Shown here in pieces: positions 38,289 to 48,025 of a stretch of 64,000 bases of DNA. The stretch lies in IMG/VR virus record IMGVR_UViG_3300020463_003402. The stretch is one strand, 5' to 3'. How positions within the stretch are numbered: position 1 is the first letter of the stretch; every line of letters starts with the position of its first letter. The position numbers were made by a program, and so were the translations under genes. This stretch comes from an uncultured virus (IMG/VR IMGVR_UViG_3300020463_003402) (taxonomy: Duplodnaviria > Heunggongvirae > Uroviricota > Caudoviricetes). The notes under the pieces are model-generated. The model was not told the origin of the DNA and made no database searches. It saw only the letters and a program-made list of their open reading frames with translations.

Positions 38289-38597
38289 ATGGAATTTAAC
38301 AACGTTTCGATACGATTTGGCTGGCATAAGCCGGTGGTTGTCCTCCAATATGGCACGCTGCAATACGAGATTGGCACGCTAGAATTGAAAGGTGTGACAC
38401 TCATGGAATTGGGAAATTTAGACCCAGAACACGTAGCCAAGCATCACCAAATGTTGTTGATTTGTGAAATGAGCACAACAATTAGACTCGCGCAAAAGGA
38501 TATTCCAGAGCCAGTTAACACCTGTTCCCGTAAACTTTTTGACGAAACGGGTGTAGAACCCTCAAAAGTCACACACAAGCCCAACTTAAGTGCTTAA
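38289..38597 (+). CDS. Hypothetical protein
   Basis: GGAAATTGACG-ATG start. Confidence 0.6.
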   Translation: MEFNNVSIRFGWHKPVVVLQYGTLQYEIGTLELKGVTLMELGNLDPEHVAKHHQMLLICEMSTTIRLAQKDIPEPVNTCSRKLFDETGVEPSKVTHKPNLSA

Positions 38598-38834
38598 ATA
38601 CAATAACTTAAGTTTTGTGTTCCCATAAACTTTCTAGGCCATTTTTCGCAAATTGTGAAACGGTAGAATGCGGCCTGTAGCTGTGCGAATTTTGACCAGT
38701 TACGCGTAACTTCGGTGAGGGTAATTATTACTCGCAATGCCGTGGGTAACAAGGGCTTCAGAGCCGGTGACAAAAATGTTCCCACAAACTTTCGTTATTA
38801 AATGTACATTTATATATTTTACTGGGAACATTTT
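38523..38834. repeat. Iteron-like repeats TGTTCCCRYAAACTTT (3 direct, 1 partial inverted) beside an AT-rich tract
   Basis: 38523, 38618 and 38777 direct; TTTACTGGGAACA inverted at ~38818. Confidence 0.6.
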
Positions 38835-39094
38835 TTAAGAAGTATACTTTTAAAAACTTCGCTTTCGATTTAATTCGTACCTGAGGTTTATTTACACACA
38901 ATGTCCTCGTTACTCCTTGTGACTTGCTGCGAGTCGCAGTGATCTACCTAACGACCTTTGTGTGACGACCTGTTAGCTCTGCGTGATAAGAATTTGAATT
39001 CACTTGTGGTCTTCACTGTCGCAACGTGCAACAAACCACCGCGAAAGTGAATCACACCCAAATTGTGTTTTTGGTCGAAATAAGACCATTGCGA

Positions 39095-39123
39095 TTGACT
39101 CGGGCATTTTGCCCTTGTATAAC
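39095..39123 (+). promoter_or_regulatory. Sigma70 early promoter
   Basis: TTGACT-17bp-TATAAC. Confidence 0.75.
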
Positions 39124-39185
39124 TGAAATCCGCCCTTCGGGGTGTTACGGCGTGAGCCGATTAATTAACTTAGGAAATTGACGAT

Positions 39186-39572
39186 ATGACTACCACCATT
39201 CCCCAGCCTGTAAACCAGACTGCTCCCTCCCCTCACGAACTTATGCGCCAAACTCAGCGCGAGATTGCTGAAGCTGTCATGCAGATGAAAGCCAAACAAA
39301 TCGAATGTCTCATTGGTCTCTACCGAAAATCGGATGCACTGGAAGGTACCAACGACCTCGGTGAAATGCACCGTCGTACTCAAGCATTGTCTCGCGAACT
39401 CGAACTGGACTTTTCAGTGGTTGAAAAACTGGTCGATTTTGGCTTTAACTGTGGTGTTGAATGCGCGACCTCTATCGCATCCTCAGCGGGCGCAATGGAA
39501 AAGGTGCTAGGTAAGGACGAATTCACCGATAAGTCTTCGCGTGGTGACGCTGCGGCGCGAGAATCGGCATAG
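39186..39572 (+). CDS. Hypothetical protein
   Basis: Start motif; first gene after the promoter. Confidence 0.7.
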   Translation: MTTTIPQPVNQTAPSPHELMRQTQREIAEAVMQMKAKQIECLIGLYRKSDALEGTNDLGEMHRRTQALSRELELDFSVVEKLVDFGFNCGVECATSIASSAGAMEKVLGKDEFTDKSSRGDAAARESA

Positions 39573-39603
39573 TTTAACCCGACAATTAGTGAGATTGACG
39601 ATT

Positions 39604-39909
39604 ATGAGTAAAAAAGTGACTAATAGTACGATGTTAAATTCGAGACTTATGAAACATTGTGTGCGGGTTATGTATCTTTTGGATGAATTGAAAAGGTTGT
39701 GTGATTTACAAGGCACGGTTCACCTTGACGGAGATTATCCGTTGGCTATTCACGGGACAGATAAAATTTGTGTTGGTCCTTTCAATGTGAGTGGGGGCTG
39801 GTTTCAGGAGATTATCGCCCGTCGTAAAAGTGAAATTATCGACGAGCTCTACGATATGGGTTACGACCTTACCGCTTTTGAGGAGCCTAAGGACGAGGAC
39901 GATGAGTAA
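39604..39909 (+). CDS. Hypothetical protein
   Basis: GAGATTGACGATT-ATG start. Confidence 0.65.
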   Translation: MSKKVTNSTMLNSRLMKHCVRVMYLLDELKRLCDLQGTVHLDGDYPLAIHGTDKICVGPFNVSGGWFQEIIARRKSEIIDELYDMGYDLTAFEEPKDEDDE

Positions 39910-40396
39910 AAATATGCCTATTTTCCGGCGTATGATTGCGGTTGCGCATACGGCGAGAAACTGTGGTCGTTTGGCTATGATAATCGAGGGTGAAGACGAA
40001 GGTTCTCGAGCCTCGATTGATAACCTCAAGCCGATAACCAAAGACACGCCACACACCACAATCGAGGGTTACTGTGTCCGTGACGCGAAGATTCGAACCT
40101 TAATGGGCTGGGAGTATTCGCACTGGATGTTGATTGAGTCCGCGTTGATCTGTGCCTTGGTGGAAGAAGTTAGCCTTGTGCTGGATGATTTTGAAATGGG
40201 CTCGTTGATGATTGATTCGCTCTTGGGTGTCAATATCCACATTCGCCGGTATTCGGCTGAAGGTATAGGACTTGACCGCGATAAAATCAAAAGCTTTGCG
40301 TGGTTGTATCTGGGTAGTGAATACCTAGACGATTTTATCAGCTACGCCGATTATCTCCTGGCCATGCTCGAGGTAAGAGCGAAAGACGCCGCCTAA
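39902..40396 (+). CDS. Hypothetical protein
   Basis: Coupled ATG with GAGG SD. Confidence 0.65.
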   Translation: MSKNMPIFRRMIAVAHTARNCGRLAMIIEGEDEGSRASIDNLKPITKDTPHTTIEGYCVRDAKIRTLMGWEYSHWMLIESALICALVEEVSLVLDDFEMGSLMIDSLLGVNIHIRRYSAEGIGLDRDKIKSFAWLYLGSEYLDDFISYADYLLAMLEVRAKDAA

Positions 40397-40467
40397 GAGG
40401 GGGGAATGTTCCCCCCTGTGGTTCAAAAAATTTGGTAATTAACTTTTTAAATTGGAAATTGACGACT

Positions 40468-40956
40468 ATGACTAGCCTAACTGAATGTGGTCCTTACACC
40501 CCTACCGAGAAACGCGCTATCACTCGATCGCTAAACATCATTCGTGAGAAACAGCCTAATTTCTATGGCCGTTCTAAGATTACTAATCCTATCGCTTGTC
40601 AGCAATATTGTGCCTTGCAACTGGTCGATGGCTCTCGCGAACGATTTCTTTGCCTATTTCTAGACTCTCAACATGGTTTGATTAGCGGTGAAATCATGTT
40701 TGAAGGAACGATAAACGCGGCCTCGGTTTACCCTCGTGAGATTATTCGTCGTGTTTTAGAGCTCAATGCCGCGGCGTTGATAATCGCACATAACCATCCC
40801 TCGGGGCACCCTGAGCCAAGTCGAGCGGATATTAGTTTGACGCAAGACATTAAACAGGCGTTAGCGAGTATCGATGTGCCGTTACTCGATCACATTATCG
40901 TAGGTAACGGCCAAGGTTGCCCGACTATTTCTCTTTCACAACGAGGTGACTTATGA
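40468..40956 (+). CDS. radC: RadC-like JAB domain protein
   Basis: ERFLCLFLD, GTINAASVYPREI, AHNHPSG, PSRAD, LLDHIIVG. Confidence 0.9.
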   Translation: MTSLTECGPYTPTEKRAITRSLNIIREKQPNFYGRSKITNPIACQQYCALQLVDGSRERFLCLFLDSQHGLISGEIMFEGTINAASVYPREIIRRVLELNAAALIIAHNHPSGHPEPSRADISLTQDIKQALASIDVPLLDHIIVGNGQGCPTISLSQRGDL

Positions 40957-41438
40957 GTGCTGGTAATTTTCCGCTGTTAGAACTGTTAATCGAGACCATG
41001 GAACAAGTGGTTGCGTCTAACCTAGATTTTCGGATGGATGATTTCTATTTGGATAGGGATACCGCAGACCAAGCTACAGATATTCACACTTGTGGTACGG
41101 CAGCGTGTGTTGCTGGGTATGGTGCGGTTAACCCTAAAATTCAGAAATTCTTGGAAGTAGATATGCCCTACTTCCGAGCGGCAGAAACGGCTGAGGATAT
41201 TGCGGACTATTTGTTAGAAGAAATCGGCTATTTAGGCTACTCCGTTTTTGCAAGTAAAGCTTACGAAAGATATCAACATGCCGCTGATTATCTACCAGAA
41301 ACCGACCTTGAGTTTGAGCACCTACACAAAGATGAGCCCGAGGCTAAGGAAACCTTGAAGTACATGAAGTATGTGCTGGCCTTCAAAGAGCGTGAACTAA
41401 AACGCTGGGAACGTGAGGAAGCGGAAGATGAAAAATAA
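40953..41438 (+). CDS. Hypothetical protein, paralog of the N-terminus of 42905-43801
   Basis: DIHTCGTAACVAGYGAV motif. Confidence 0.75.
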   Translation: MSAGNFPLLELLIETMEQVVASNLDFRMDDFYLDRDTADQATDIHTCGTAACVAGYGAVNPKIQKFLEVDMPYFRAAETAEDIADYLLEEIGYLGYSVFASKAYERYQHAADYLPETDLEFEHLHKDEPEAKETLKYMKYVLAFKERELKRWEREEAEDEK

Positions 41439-41760
41439 GCATGGAATTGAAATTGAACTAGGTACCGTGATCCATGCTACCCACCGCACGCAGGATTTAA
41501 TTCCTGCGTTTCTAGAAGCGGTCCGTAGGTATGCGGATGCTGAGTATACCCAGATAATGGCCTCACCTTTCAGCTTTATCCCCGCATGGGTAACCGATGA
41601 AGGTGACGACTGCGAGTGGTGGAACAGTGAAGAGGCCGGTTACCGGCTTGATGAACTGTTCAATATCTTAGATAACCAAGCCCCTGAAGGTTATTACTTT
41701 GGGGCTCATGAAGGGGATGGGTCGGACTTTGGCTATTGGCCTATCCCTGAAGAGGACTAA
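41428..41760 (+). CDS. Acidic phage protein
   Basis: Ends in PEGYYFGAHEGDGSDFGYW. Confidence 0.7.
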   Translation: MKNKHGIEIELGTVIHATHRTQDLIPAFLEAVRRYADAEYTQIMASPFSFIPAWVTDEGDDCEWWNSEEAGYRLDELFNILDNQAPEGYYFGAHEGDGSDFGYWPIPEED

Positions 41761-41804
41761 ACGCTAACGGGTGGGAACATTCCCCCCTCTTTTGGAGATT
41801 GACG

Positions 41805-41960
41805 ATGCGCGAAGTGTGCAAAAAGTGTGGTGGCACCATGCTAGGTGATGGGTATAAAACGGTTGAGCACTGCGAGTTTGCTACCAACCCAGAAATTGAC
41901 TTTATGGCCCCTGATGAAGGGCCAGTTTATTGTGACTTTAAGGAAATTGACGATGAGTGA
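41805..41960 (+). CDS. 51-aa Cys-containing protein (not in the ORF track)
   Basis: MREVCKKCGG...HCE...YCDFKEIDDE; palindrome plus GGAGATTGACG-ATG start. Confidence 0.7.
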   Translation: MREVCKKCGGTMLGDGYKTVEHCEFATNPEIDFMAPDEGPVYCDFKEIDDE

Positions 41961-42420
41961 AATTAACAGAAAAAATTATTTACAATCACGCCCCCATTCG
42001 GAGCTTGTAGATCTGGTTTTGTCGTTGGAAAAGCTTTCTTTGAAGGGGGCGCAAGTGTGCCAGCAAATCTACGAAAGTGAACAGTTATTCTCTGGCATTG
42101 TGCATGGCGAGGTCAAAGATTTTAAGATTCAATGCGACGAAGGCAAAGCGTTCTTCGTTAAACCTCGAGTGATGTTTGATGTGTGCACCGACGATGAAAC
42201 TCACGTTCCCGACTGCACCACACTCGAGGAAGCGGAACGTTATTGCAAACAGCTCAATATTGAAGACCGCATGGGCAATGGCCGCGTAGACTTCGGCGGG
42301 GAAACACCCAACGACTTAACCGGCTTTATCGAAGCGAACGAGCAGATGATACGTAACATTCTTACGCTGTCAGATGATGTTCTAGCCTATCTTGCAACCC
42401 TACCGTTAGGGGACGAGTAA
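41953..42420 (+). CDS. Hypothetical protein
   Basis: GGAAATTGACG-ATG start. Confidence 0.7.
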   Translation: MSEINRKNYLQSRPHSELVDLVLSLEKLSLKGAQVCQQIYESEQLFSGIVHGEVKDFKIQCDEGKAFFVKPRVMFDVCTDDETHVPDCTTLEEAERYCKQLNIEDRMGNGRVDFGGETPNDLTGFIEANEQMIRNILTLSDDVLAYLATLPLGDE

Positions 42421-42908
42421 TGAGCGACTTAAAAGAATTCAAAATAGTGCTAGAAGAGAGCGATACCGGCCGACAGCTTGTTTTACCTAACGTTATGGCA
42501 AGCGATTATGACGTTGCTGAAGCTTATGGCAACCATGTTGCGGCGGACCTACCGGTTTCTGAAATTGACCGACAACAAGGCTTTGGCCTGAGTGAAACGT
42601 CGTGGTCTTGTTACCCTGAAGAAGTGAAACCAGAACCTGAAAAAATGCGCCGTATGGAGTGGAACACTGGGCGTCACTATGGTTCGGAGGGCCAAATTAT
42701 TCGAGCGGTTGAGTACAAAGAAGTTGTTGATGAAACCCTTACGTTATGTGGTGTGTTTTTGCTCGATATGACTCGAAATCTTTGCTATCAGATTGAGGAT
42801 TGTCCTTTCACACACTCAGGTATCCTTCACCGCTACGATCTAGGGGGAAATTTCAGCTATTCGACAGCCGAGTTCGAAAAAGCCTGGGCGGAGGCCGTAG
42901 ACGTATGA
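42420..42908 (+). CDS. Hypothetical acidic protein
   Basis: Coupled TAATG. Confidence 0.7.
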   Translation: MSDLKEFKIVLEESDTGRQLVLPNVMASDYDVAEAYGNHVAADLPVSEIDRQQGFGLSETSWSCYPEEVKPEPEKMRRMEWNTGRHYGSEGQIIRAVEYKEVVDETLTLCGVFLLDMTRNLCYQIEDCPFTHSGILHRYDLGGNFSYSTAEFEKAWAEAVDV

Positions 42909-43801
42909 ATAACCAACCACCAAAAGTAAACCCGCGTTTTCCCCTATTCCGCATGTTAATCGCAACGATGGAAGAAGTCGTTAAGGATGAGTTGCCTTTG
43001 AAAATGATTTCTTACTTTGAAAATGAGATGGTGGCTAACGAAGCGAAAGATATTCACACCTGTGGTACTCCTGCTTGTGTCGCTGGCTATGGGGCGGTAA
43101 CACCTGAAATTCAGAAATTCATAGCTATTGATACGGAGGATTTTCGAAGCTCTATCGCGGCCGAACAAGTTCTTTGGGCTTTACACCATGAAATAGGCAA
43201 TGTCGCGGAGGCAATTGTCTCAGGATCACTTTATCTTCGACGCCGAGCAGCCGAAGTTTATCTCCCGTGGGATTGCCTCCGATTCAAACATATTGAATCC
43301 GAGGAACCTACCGCTTCTGAAGCGTTGGAGTTTATGAAGCATGTGCTGGCTTTGTTATTAGAAGGCCGTGTGGGAGTGGAAGAAAGAAAACAACCACATC
43401 CACACCGATACACCTCAGAAGAGATTTTGGCGGATAAAGATATAGCGTTCTACAACATACCCGAAAGAGTCAGTTCGGGTATGCCTATTCACTATATCCT
43501 AGCGGATGAAGAATGGGTCTGGATGAACTTCATTGAAGGTAAGTACAGCATTCACGACTACATCATGGAAAACCTTGAGTGGGTTGACCCTGATGATCCT
43601 GAAGCGGAATACCAAGTTGCGGTTCTCACTATCTCGTGTGCCGATGAATTGAGTCGAGCGCTCGATGCCGATTGTGGGGGTGCGGGTAAAGCCGTTTGCT
43701 TGGCGGATGATACCGCACTACAGGCTATTTTCTTCTCGCTGTATCAAGAAGACTGGAACGAACGTTTGGAGGACTTTGAAGATGCCAAAGAAGAAGAATA
43801 A
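42905..43801 (+). CDS. Hypothetical two-domain protein (N-terminus paralogous to 40953-41438; acidic C-terminus)
   Basis: DIHTCGTPACVAGYGAV; ATGA coupling; GGAGG SD. Confidence 0.7.
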   Translation: MNNQPPKVNPRFPLFRMLIATMEEVVKDELPLKMISYFENEMVANEAKDIHTCGTPACVAGYGAVTPEIQKFIAIDTEDFRSSIAAEQVLWALHHEIGNVAEAIVSGSLYLRRRAAEVYLPWDCLRFKHIESEEPTASEALEFMKHVLALLLEGRVGVEERKQPHPHRYTSEEILADKDIAFYNIPERVSSGMPIHYILADEEWVWMNFIEGKYSIHDYIMENLEWVDPDDPEAEYQVAVLTISCADELSRALDADCGGAGKAVCLADDTALQAIFFSLYQEDWNERLEDFEDAKEEE

Positions 43802-44042
43802 AAACGTCCACATGATTGTTTGTCGTAAGCCTAATTCGGAGGACTTTAGTTTCTGGCCCCCGAAGATATTCCATGGCCGCGTTGAAGCTATTACTGAGTT
43901 CGACAAGACATTTATTAAGTGTGATTCCTTTGAGGAAACGCGTAGAAAAGAATACTGCGACCAAACAGGCCAGTTATTGTTTTTCGAAACCTCAGCCGGT
44001 TTTCGCTGGCAGTTGTATTTAGACCTAGAACCTAACGATTAA
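43782..44042 (+). CDS. Hypothetical protein
   Basis: GGAGG SD. Confidence 0.55.
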   Translation: MPKKKNKNVHMIVCRKPNSEDFSFWPPKIFHGRVEAITEFDKTFIKCDSFEETRRKEYCDQTGQLLFFETSAGFRWQLYLDLEPND

Positions 44043-44065
44043 AATTGACGATAAGGAGAAAAGCC

Positions 44066-44293
44066 GTGAGTAAGATTGGATTAATGACCGCGATGGTTGC
44101 TGGTATGGGGGCCTCGGTCTCTGGGGCGTGGGGTGAGAAAGTAAAAGCCTCACACCTCGAGTCTATCAACCTTGCTAAGAATCACGCACCTAAGGTTGAG
44201 CACTTAGGCCGAAAGAAGCCTAAAGGTAGCGCTGCGGTTCAGCGTCGTGAAGCGAAAAAGCGTAAAGCGCTTCGAGCGCGTTCGAAGAAATAG
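44066..44293 (+). CDS. Small basic protein
   Basis: ATTGACGAT-AAGGAG-GTG start; K/R-rich C-terminus. Confidence 0.65.
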   Translation: MSKIGLMTAMVAGMGASVSGAWGEKVKASHLESINLAKNHAPKVEHLGRKKPKGSAAVQRREAKKRKALRARSKK

Positions 44294-44302
44294 GAGGTTG
44301 GT

Positions 44303-44500
44303 ATGCAATATTTCACAACAGTCTTATTTGACCACCGACGCGGCAAGCGAGTGAACCACTGTGCCGCTGAGTGCTTAGCGGCTAATATTCACCAAGCGGC
44401 AAACTTTGGTAACTCTTTAGCGGAGAAGTTTGCGGTTACGGTAGAAGTTGAAATTCGCTTGGGACGCTTAAGCACTCATAGGGATTTACACGGTGAGTAG
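44303..44500 (+). CDS. Hypothetical protein
   Basis: AGGAGG SD. Confidence 0.6.
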   Translation: MQYFTTVLFDHRRGKRVNHCAAECLAANIHQAANFGNSLAEKFAVTVEVEIRLGRLSTHRDLHGE

Positions 44501-44684
44501 TATCCCCAACCTATTTAAGGGCCTTGTTCCGGCAAAGGCTGACGCGCACTGTTCAAAGTGCCAGTCAAAGATAAGTGACTCGAGACGCCGTGCAATAGAA
44601 ATGGAACTTGAGTTGATGGGTTCGAGCAAGAATATCTGCTCGGAATGTTTTAACCGTGAAGCAGTAATAATTAGCGTAATTTAG
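44493..44684 (+). CDS. Small zinc-finger protein (DksA/TraR C4-like spacing)
   Basis: CSKC..ISDSRRRA..CSEC. Confidence 0.5.
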   Translation: MSSIPNLFKGLVPAKADAHCSKCQSKISDSRRRAIEMELELMGSSKNICSECFNREAVIISVI

Positions 44685-44730
44685 GGGGGAATGTTCTCCC
44701 CCTTTGAAATTAACTTTTTGGAGATTGACG

Positions 44731-45558
44731 ATGAATAAAGGTTTGAAATTAGGTAACGGTGCCGTAGTACAGGCCCAAATGATTGTATGGAATAAAGATA
44801 AACTTGGTGACGCCATGAGTAACTTAACGGATTACGAGGAAAGGCAAGTTCACCTTAAGTTAGTCGAAAAGAAGACACCGGCTTCAACTAAAAATTACGA
44901 AACACTGATTGCCGTGGAAGAAATAACACAAAATAGTTTCTCTACGAAAATCCCCCTCACCTGTCCTGAGACCGCGAATGCAATCATTACGGCATTCACC
45001 AACGAGGCGGATGTTGAGCTGGGCTACTATGTTTACCACGCCCACCAAACACACGGGGGCTCTGAACCTGTAGCCTTTAGTGGTTATGATTTTGCCCAAT
45101 CGTATTCAGATATTCTTTCAATGGTACGTAGCGAGATATTTGTGATTAATGGTAAGGGCACGGGCTTTCACAAACGTAAGCCAGAACCAAGGCAATACCC
45201 TCAGGAAGTGGGGCTTCAACCTGAATTGCCAAAAAGAAGAGCCTATATTGATCACAGGGGTAAAACTCCAGATAGATTAAATCTTAATTGTAGTCTAAAA
45301 AAACAATTCATTGTTCCGCCGGAGTCCGGCTGGGAAGAACATACGTGGTATCTGGTTGATGTTTCTTTTAGAGGGGTCAACCCAATCCACCGTGTGCTCT
45401 TTTTCTCGGGATTCCTCAACGATAAAGATAATGGGCCTGGGGGTTATAACCAACTTTATTCGCCTAATTACGATAAAGATGCCTCATATAATATTAAGGA
45501 TGTTGTTTATCTCTCAGTAGCGAAAAAGCTGGCGTCTGAGGATGAATGGGGCGTTTAG
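44731..45558 (+). CDS. Hypothetical protein
   Basis: Palindrome plus start motif. Confidence 0.7.
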   Translation: MNKGLKLGNGAVVQAQMIVWNKDKLGDAMSNLTDYEERQVHLKLVEKKTPASTKNYETLIAVEEITQNSFSTKIPLTCPETANAIITAFTNEADVELGYYVYHAHQTHGGSEPVAFSGYDFAQSYSDILSMVRSEIFVINGKGTGFHKRKPEPRQYPQEVGLQPELPKRRAYIDHRGKTPDRLNLNCSLKKQFIVPPESGWEEHTWYLVDVSFRGVNPIHRVLFFSGFLNDKDNGPGGYNQLYSPNYDKDASYNIKDVVYLSVAKKLASEDEWGV

Positions 45559-45596
45559 CCCTCTTTGGAATTAACTTTTAAATTTGGAAATTGACG

Positions 45597-46496
45597 ATGC
45601 AAATAAACGTAAACAGTTATTTTTGTGGTGCTGGCCTGATGGATATTGGGCTGATAAATGCGGGATTAACTATTAACCAGTCTTTTGAAATTGATACCGA
45701 CGCGGTTAAGACGTATCGCGAGAATATTGGCCACCATGTTCAACAGTGCGATTTGACTGAAGAGCTCGTGTTAAACCAAGAAGAATGCGATGCGATGGTT
45801 TTTACCTACCCTTGCACCAAGTATTCCACGATAGGTGATATTCACGGCGTAAGAACTGGTGACGATTTATTCCTTCATGCTTTGCGTCACTTAGCCATTC
45901 GCAAGCCCGATGCCTACGTGGTGGAAAATGTGCCAGGAATGAGAGCGTTTCCGCTGGTAATGGAAGCTATGACAAAGTTGCCGGATTACTACGTTCACGT
46001 TTTTTGTCCGGTCCAATCTCAGCATTGGTTACCCCAGCGAAGAGATCGTCTGATTATTTTTGGTACCCGCCGACCTTTTGAAGTTCGCCCCCCTAAGAAC
46101 TGTCGTCCAGTGACGCTGGCTGAAATTGTCGAGCATGACCCAGAAGTAACCTTGCCCAGCGCTATTAAAGCGCGAATGTCGGGTAAGTACCGTGACCTCC
46201 CAATAATCAGCGACCCCAGCAAAGGAGATATCGCGCCGACTTGTGTTGCTCACTACGCCAAGGATAAATCGACACGCTTGGTTGCTGACAAGCGATTCCC
46301 AATGGGTGTTCGTCCTTACTCAGTGCGTGAGTATGCGAGGCTACAAGGAGTACCAGACTGGTTTACGTTCCCTGTCTCGGCTACGGCAGCATATCGCCAG
46401 ATTGGTAATGGTGTGTCAGTGCCGAAAGGTGAATGGGTAGGCGGCGAGTTGTTCCGCTATTTTCAACAAAGTAAAAAATTAGACAAGGTGGCTTAA
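45597..46496 (+). CDS. DNA cytosine-5 methyltransferase
   Basis: FCGAG, YPC, ENV, QRRDRL and YRQIGNGV motifs. Confidence 0.92.
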   Translation: MQINVNSYFCGAGLMDIGLINAGLTINQSFEIDTDAVKTYRENIGHHVQQCDLTEELVLNQEECDAMVFTYPCTKYSTIGDIHGVRTGDDLFLHALRHLAIRKPDAYVVENVPGMRAFPLVMEAMTKLPDYYVHVFCPVQSQHWLPQRRDRLIIFGTRRPFEVRPPKNCRPVTLAEIVEHDPEVTLPSAIKARMSGKYRDLPIISDPSKGDIAPTCVAHYAKDKSTRLVADKRFPMGVRPYSVREYARLQGVPDWFTFPVSATAAYRQIGNGVSVPKGEWVGGELFRYFQQSKKLDKVA

Positions 46497-46739
46497 GTGA
46501 AGTACGAACTGGTGTATCACGACAGGTTTACGCATGAGCGCCGTATGCAAGAGTTCTTTGCTCCGAATCCTGAGAAAGCAAAAGAGCACGCAGACAGCAT
46601 GTGTGAGCGACGTAAAGTGCCTTACTGTTTAGTAGATGCAAATGGCCGAACGTGGGAGCGAGATTATAGTCGAGAGACTATGAAGCTCTATGATTGGTAT
46701 GAAGTAACAACCCATAGCCCGATACGGGCTGCAAGCTAA
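46497..46739 (+). CDS. Hypothetical protein
   Basis: Adjacent ORF with GTG start. Confidence 0.55.
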   Translation: MKYELVYHDRFTHERRMQEFFAPNPEKAKEHADSMCERRKVPYCLVDANGRTWERDYSRETMKLYDWYEVTTHSPIRAAS

Positions 46740-46750
46740 GGAAATTGACG

Positions 46751-47029
46751 ATGTGTAATTGTTTTGAAGAAACGATGGAAAAAGTAACCGAGCATATTAA
46801 AGAGCAATTGCCGGACAACGTGGAAGAATTTAAAGCCGAATGGCAGGGCCGAGCTTATATGCTTGCGGAAGGTCAGTATGCTCCAACCAGTCCTAAAATT
46901 GACTACGAGTATCGGCCTATGAAGCGAGACGGTACCCCGCAAAAGAATCTTAAGAAAGATTCAATAACGATACTAGCAAGCCATTGCTGCTATTGTGGTG
47001 AGAAGTTCGAAAGACCTGAAAAGTCGTAA
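46751..47029 (+). CDS. Small Cys-rich protein
   Basis: MCNC...CCYCGEK; start motif. Confidence 0.7.
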   Translation: MCNCFEETMEKVTEHIKEQLPDNVEEFKAEWQGRAYMLAEGQYAPTSPKIDYEYRPMKRDGTPQKNLKKDSITILASHCCYCGEKFERPEKS

Positions 47030-47088
47030 CGCTCGGGGGAGAATATTCCCCCCTCTTAATTAACTTTTAAAATTGGAAATTGACGATC

Positions 47089-47892
47089 ATGACTGATGTT
47101 AAACGTATCAATAAACAGGCTATGGCCACGATGCTGTTTGTAATTGCTGACGCGATTACACAACCACGCTTCGTAAAGTTCTTAGAAGATAACACCTCTC
47201 GATTTGGCTCAGATGGTACCGGTACCGTTGAAGACCTTCACGACAAGTTACGCCAGTTATTTGATTTTCAGCTTAAGCAAGCGGTAAGTGTGTATTCCGA
47301 GCAGTATTCAGTTTTGAGCTGGGAAGAAAAGTTACAAATGATGAGTGAAAAACTTATCAACTTAGGCAACCGCACGGCTCACAAGTGGCGTGTAAAGCTA
47401 CACCAAAGCAGTAAGAAATTTATTGTCCCTCGCGGTGTGAGTTTATCGAAAGCTTTAACTGACTTGATGTTAAGTGCCCAGCCTCACCGAATAATTCTAA
47501 GTCAGTCTCGAGCCCCTACTCATCCAGACCATGACTGGCGTTGGGGTGGCGATATTGCCAATGCCGATATCTTTCTGGCCGCGCTATATAGTTTCGTTAT
47601 TGCCAAAGACACGCTGGCCTACGACACAGGCATGATGTTTTTTGAAGACGTATTAACCGAGTTCGGCAATAAAATCGAATGGTTCGTGAAGGGGTATCCA
47701 CACGACTTATTGGTTGTTGACCGAATGATAAATACGGGTGATCAGCGCAAAGACTATCAAGGTATCGGGCTACGCACTGAGTTCTGTTCTACGTGGTCTA
47801 TCACTTCCGAGACTAGAAATATCTTGAGCAGTCACGGTTATCGAGAACTACGCCATAAAACGTATGGCCGAACTAAACAGGTGGCCGCATGA
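47089..47892 (+). CDS. Hypothetical protein
   Basis: Palindrome plus start motif. Confidence 0.7.
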   Translation: MTDVKRINKQAMATMLFVIADAITQPRFVKFLEDNTSRFGSDGTGTVEDLHDKLRQLFDFQLKQAVSVYSEQYSVLSWEEKLQMMSEKLINLGNRTAHKWRVKLHQSSKKFIVPRGVSLSKALTDLMLSAQPHRIILSQSRAPTHPDHDWRWGGDIANADIFLAALYSFVIAKDTLAYDTGMMFFEDVLTEFGNKIEWFVKGYPHDLLVVDRMINTGDQRKDYQGIGLRTEFCSTWSITSETRNILSSHGYRELRHKTYGRTKQVAA

Positions 47893-48025
47893 AGAACTAG
47901 CAGAAGAAGAAATCGCGGAAGAAGAAAAAGTCCTGGCTGAAGCAAAAGCGATTGCTGCAGCCGTTTAACCTGGGGGGAATGTTCTCCCCCTTCAATTAAC
48001 TTTTACAATTTGGAAATTGACGATT

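Noticed and set aside
38900..39170. tRNA or riboswitch in the hairpin-rich non-coding region
   Set aside because: Several hairpins, but no cloverleaf/T-loop or known aptamer consensus recognisable by eye; needs tRNAscan/Infernal.
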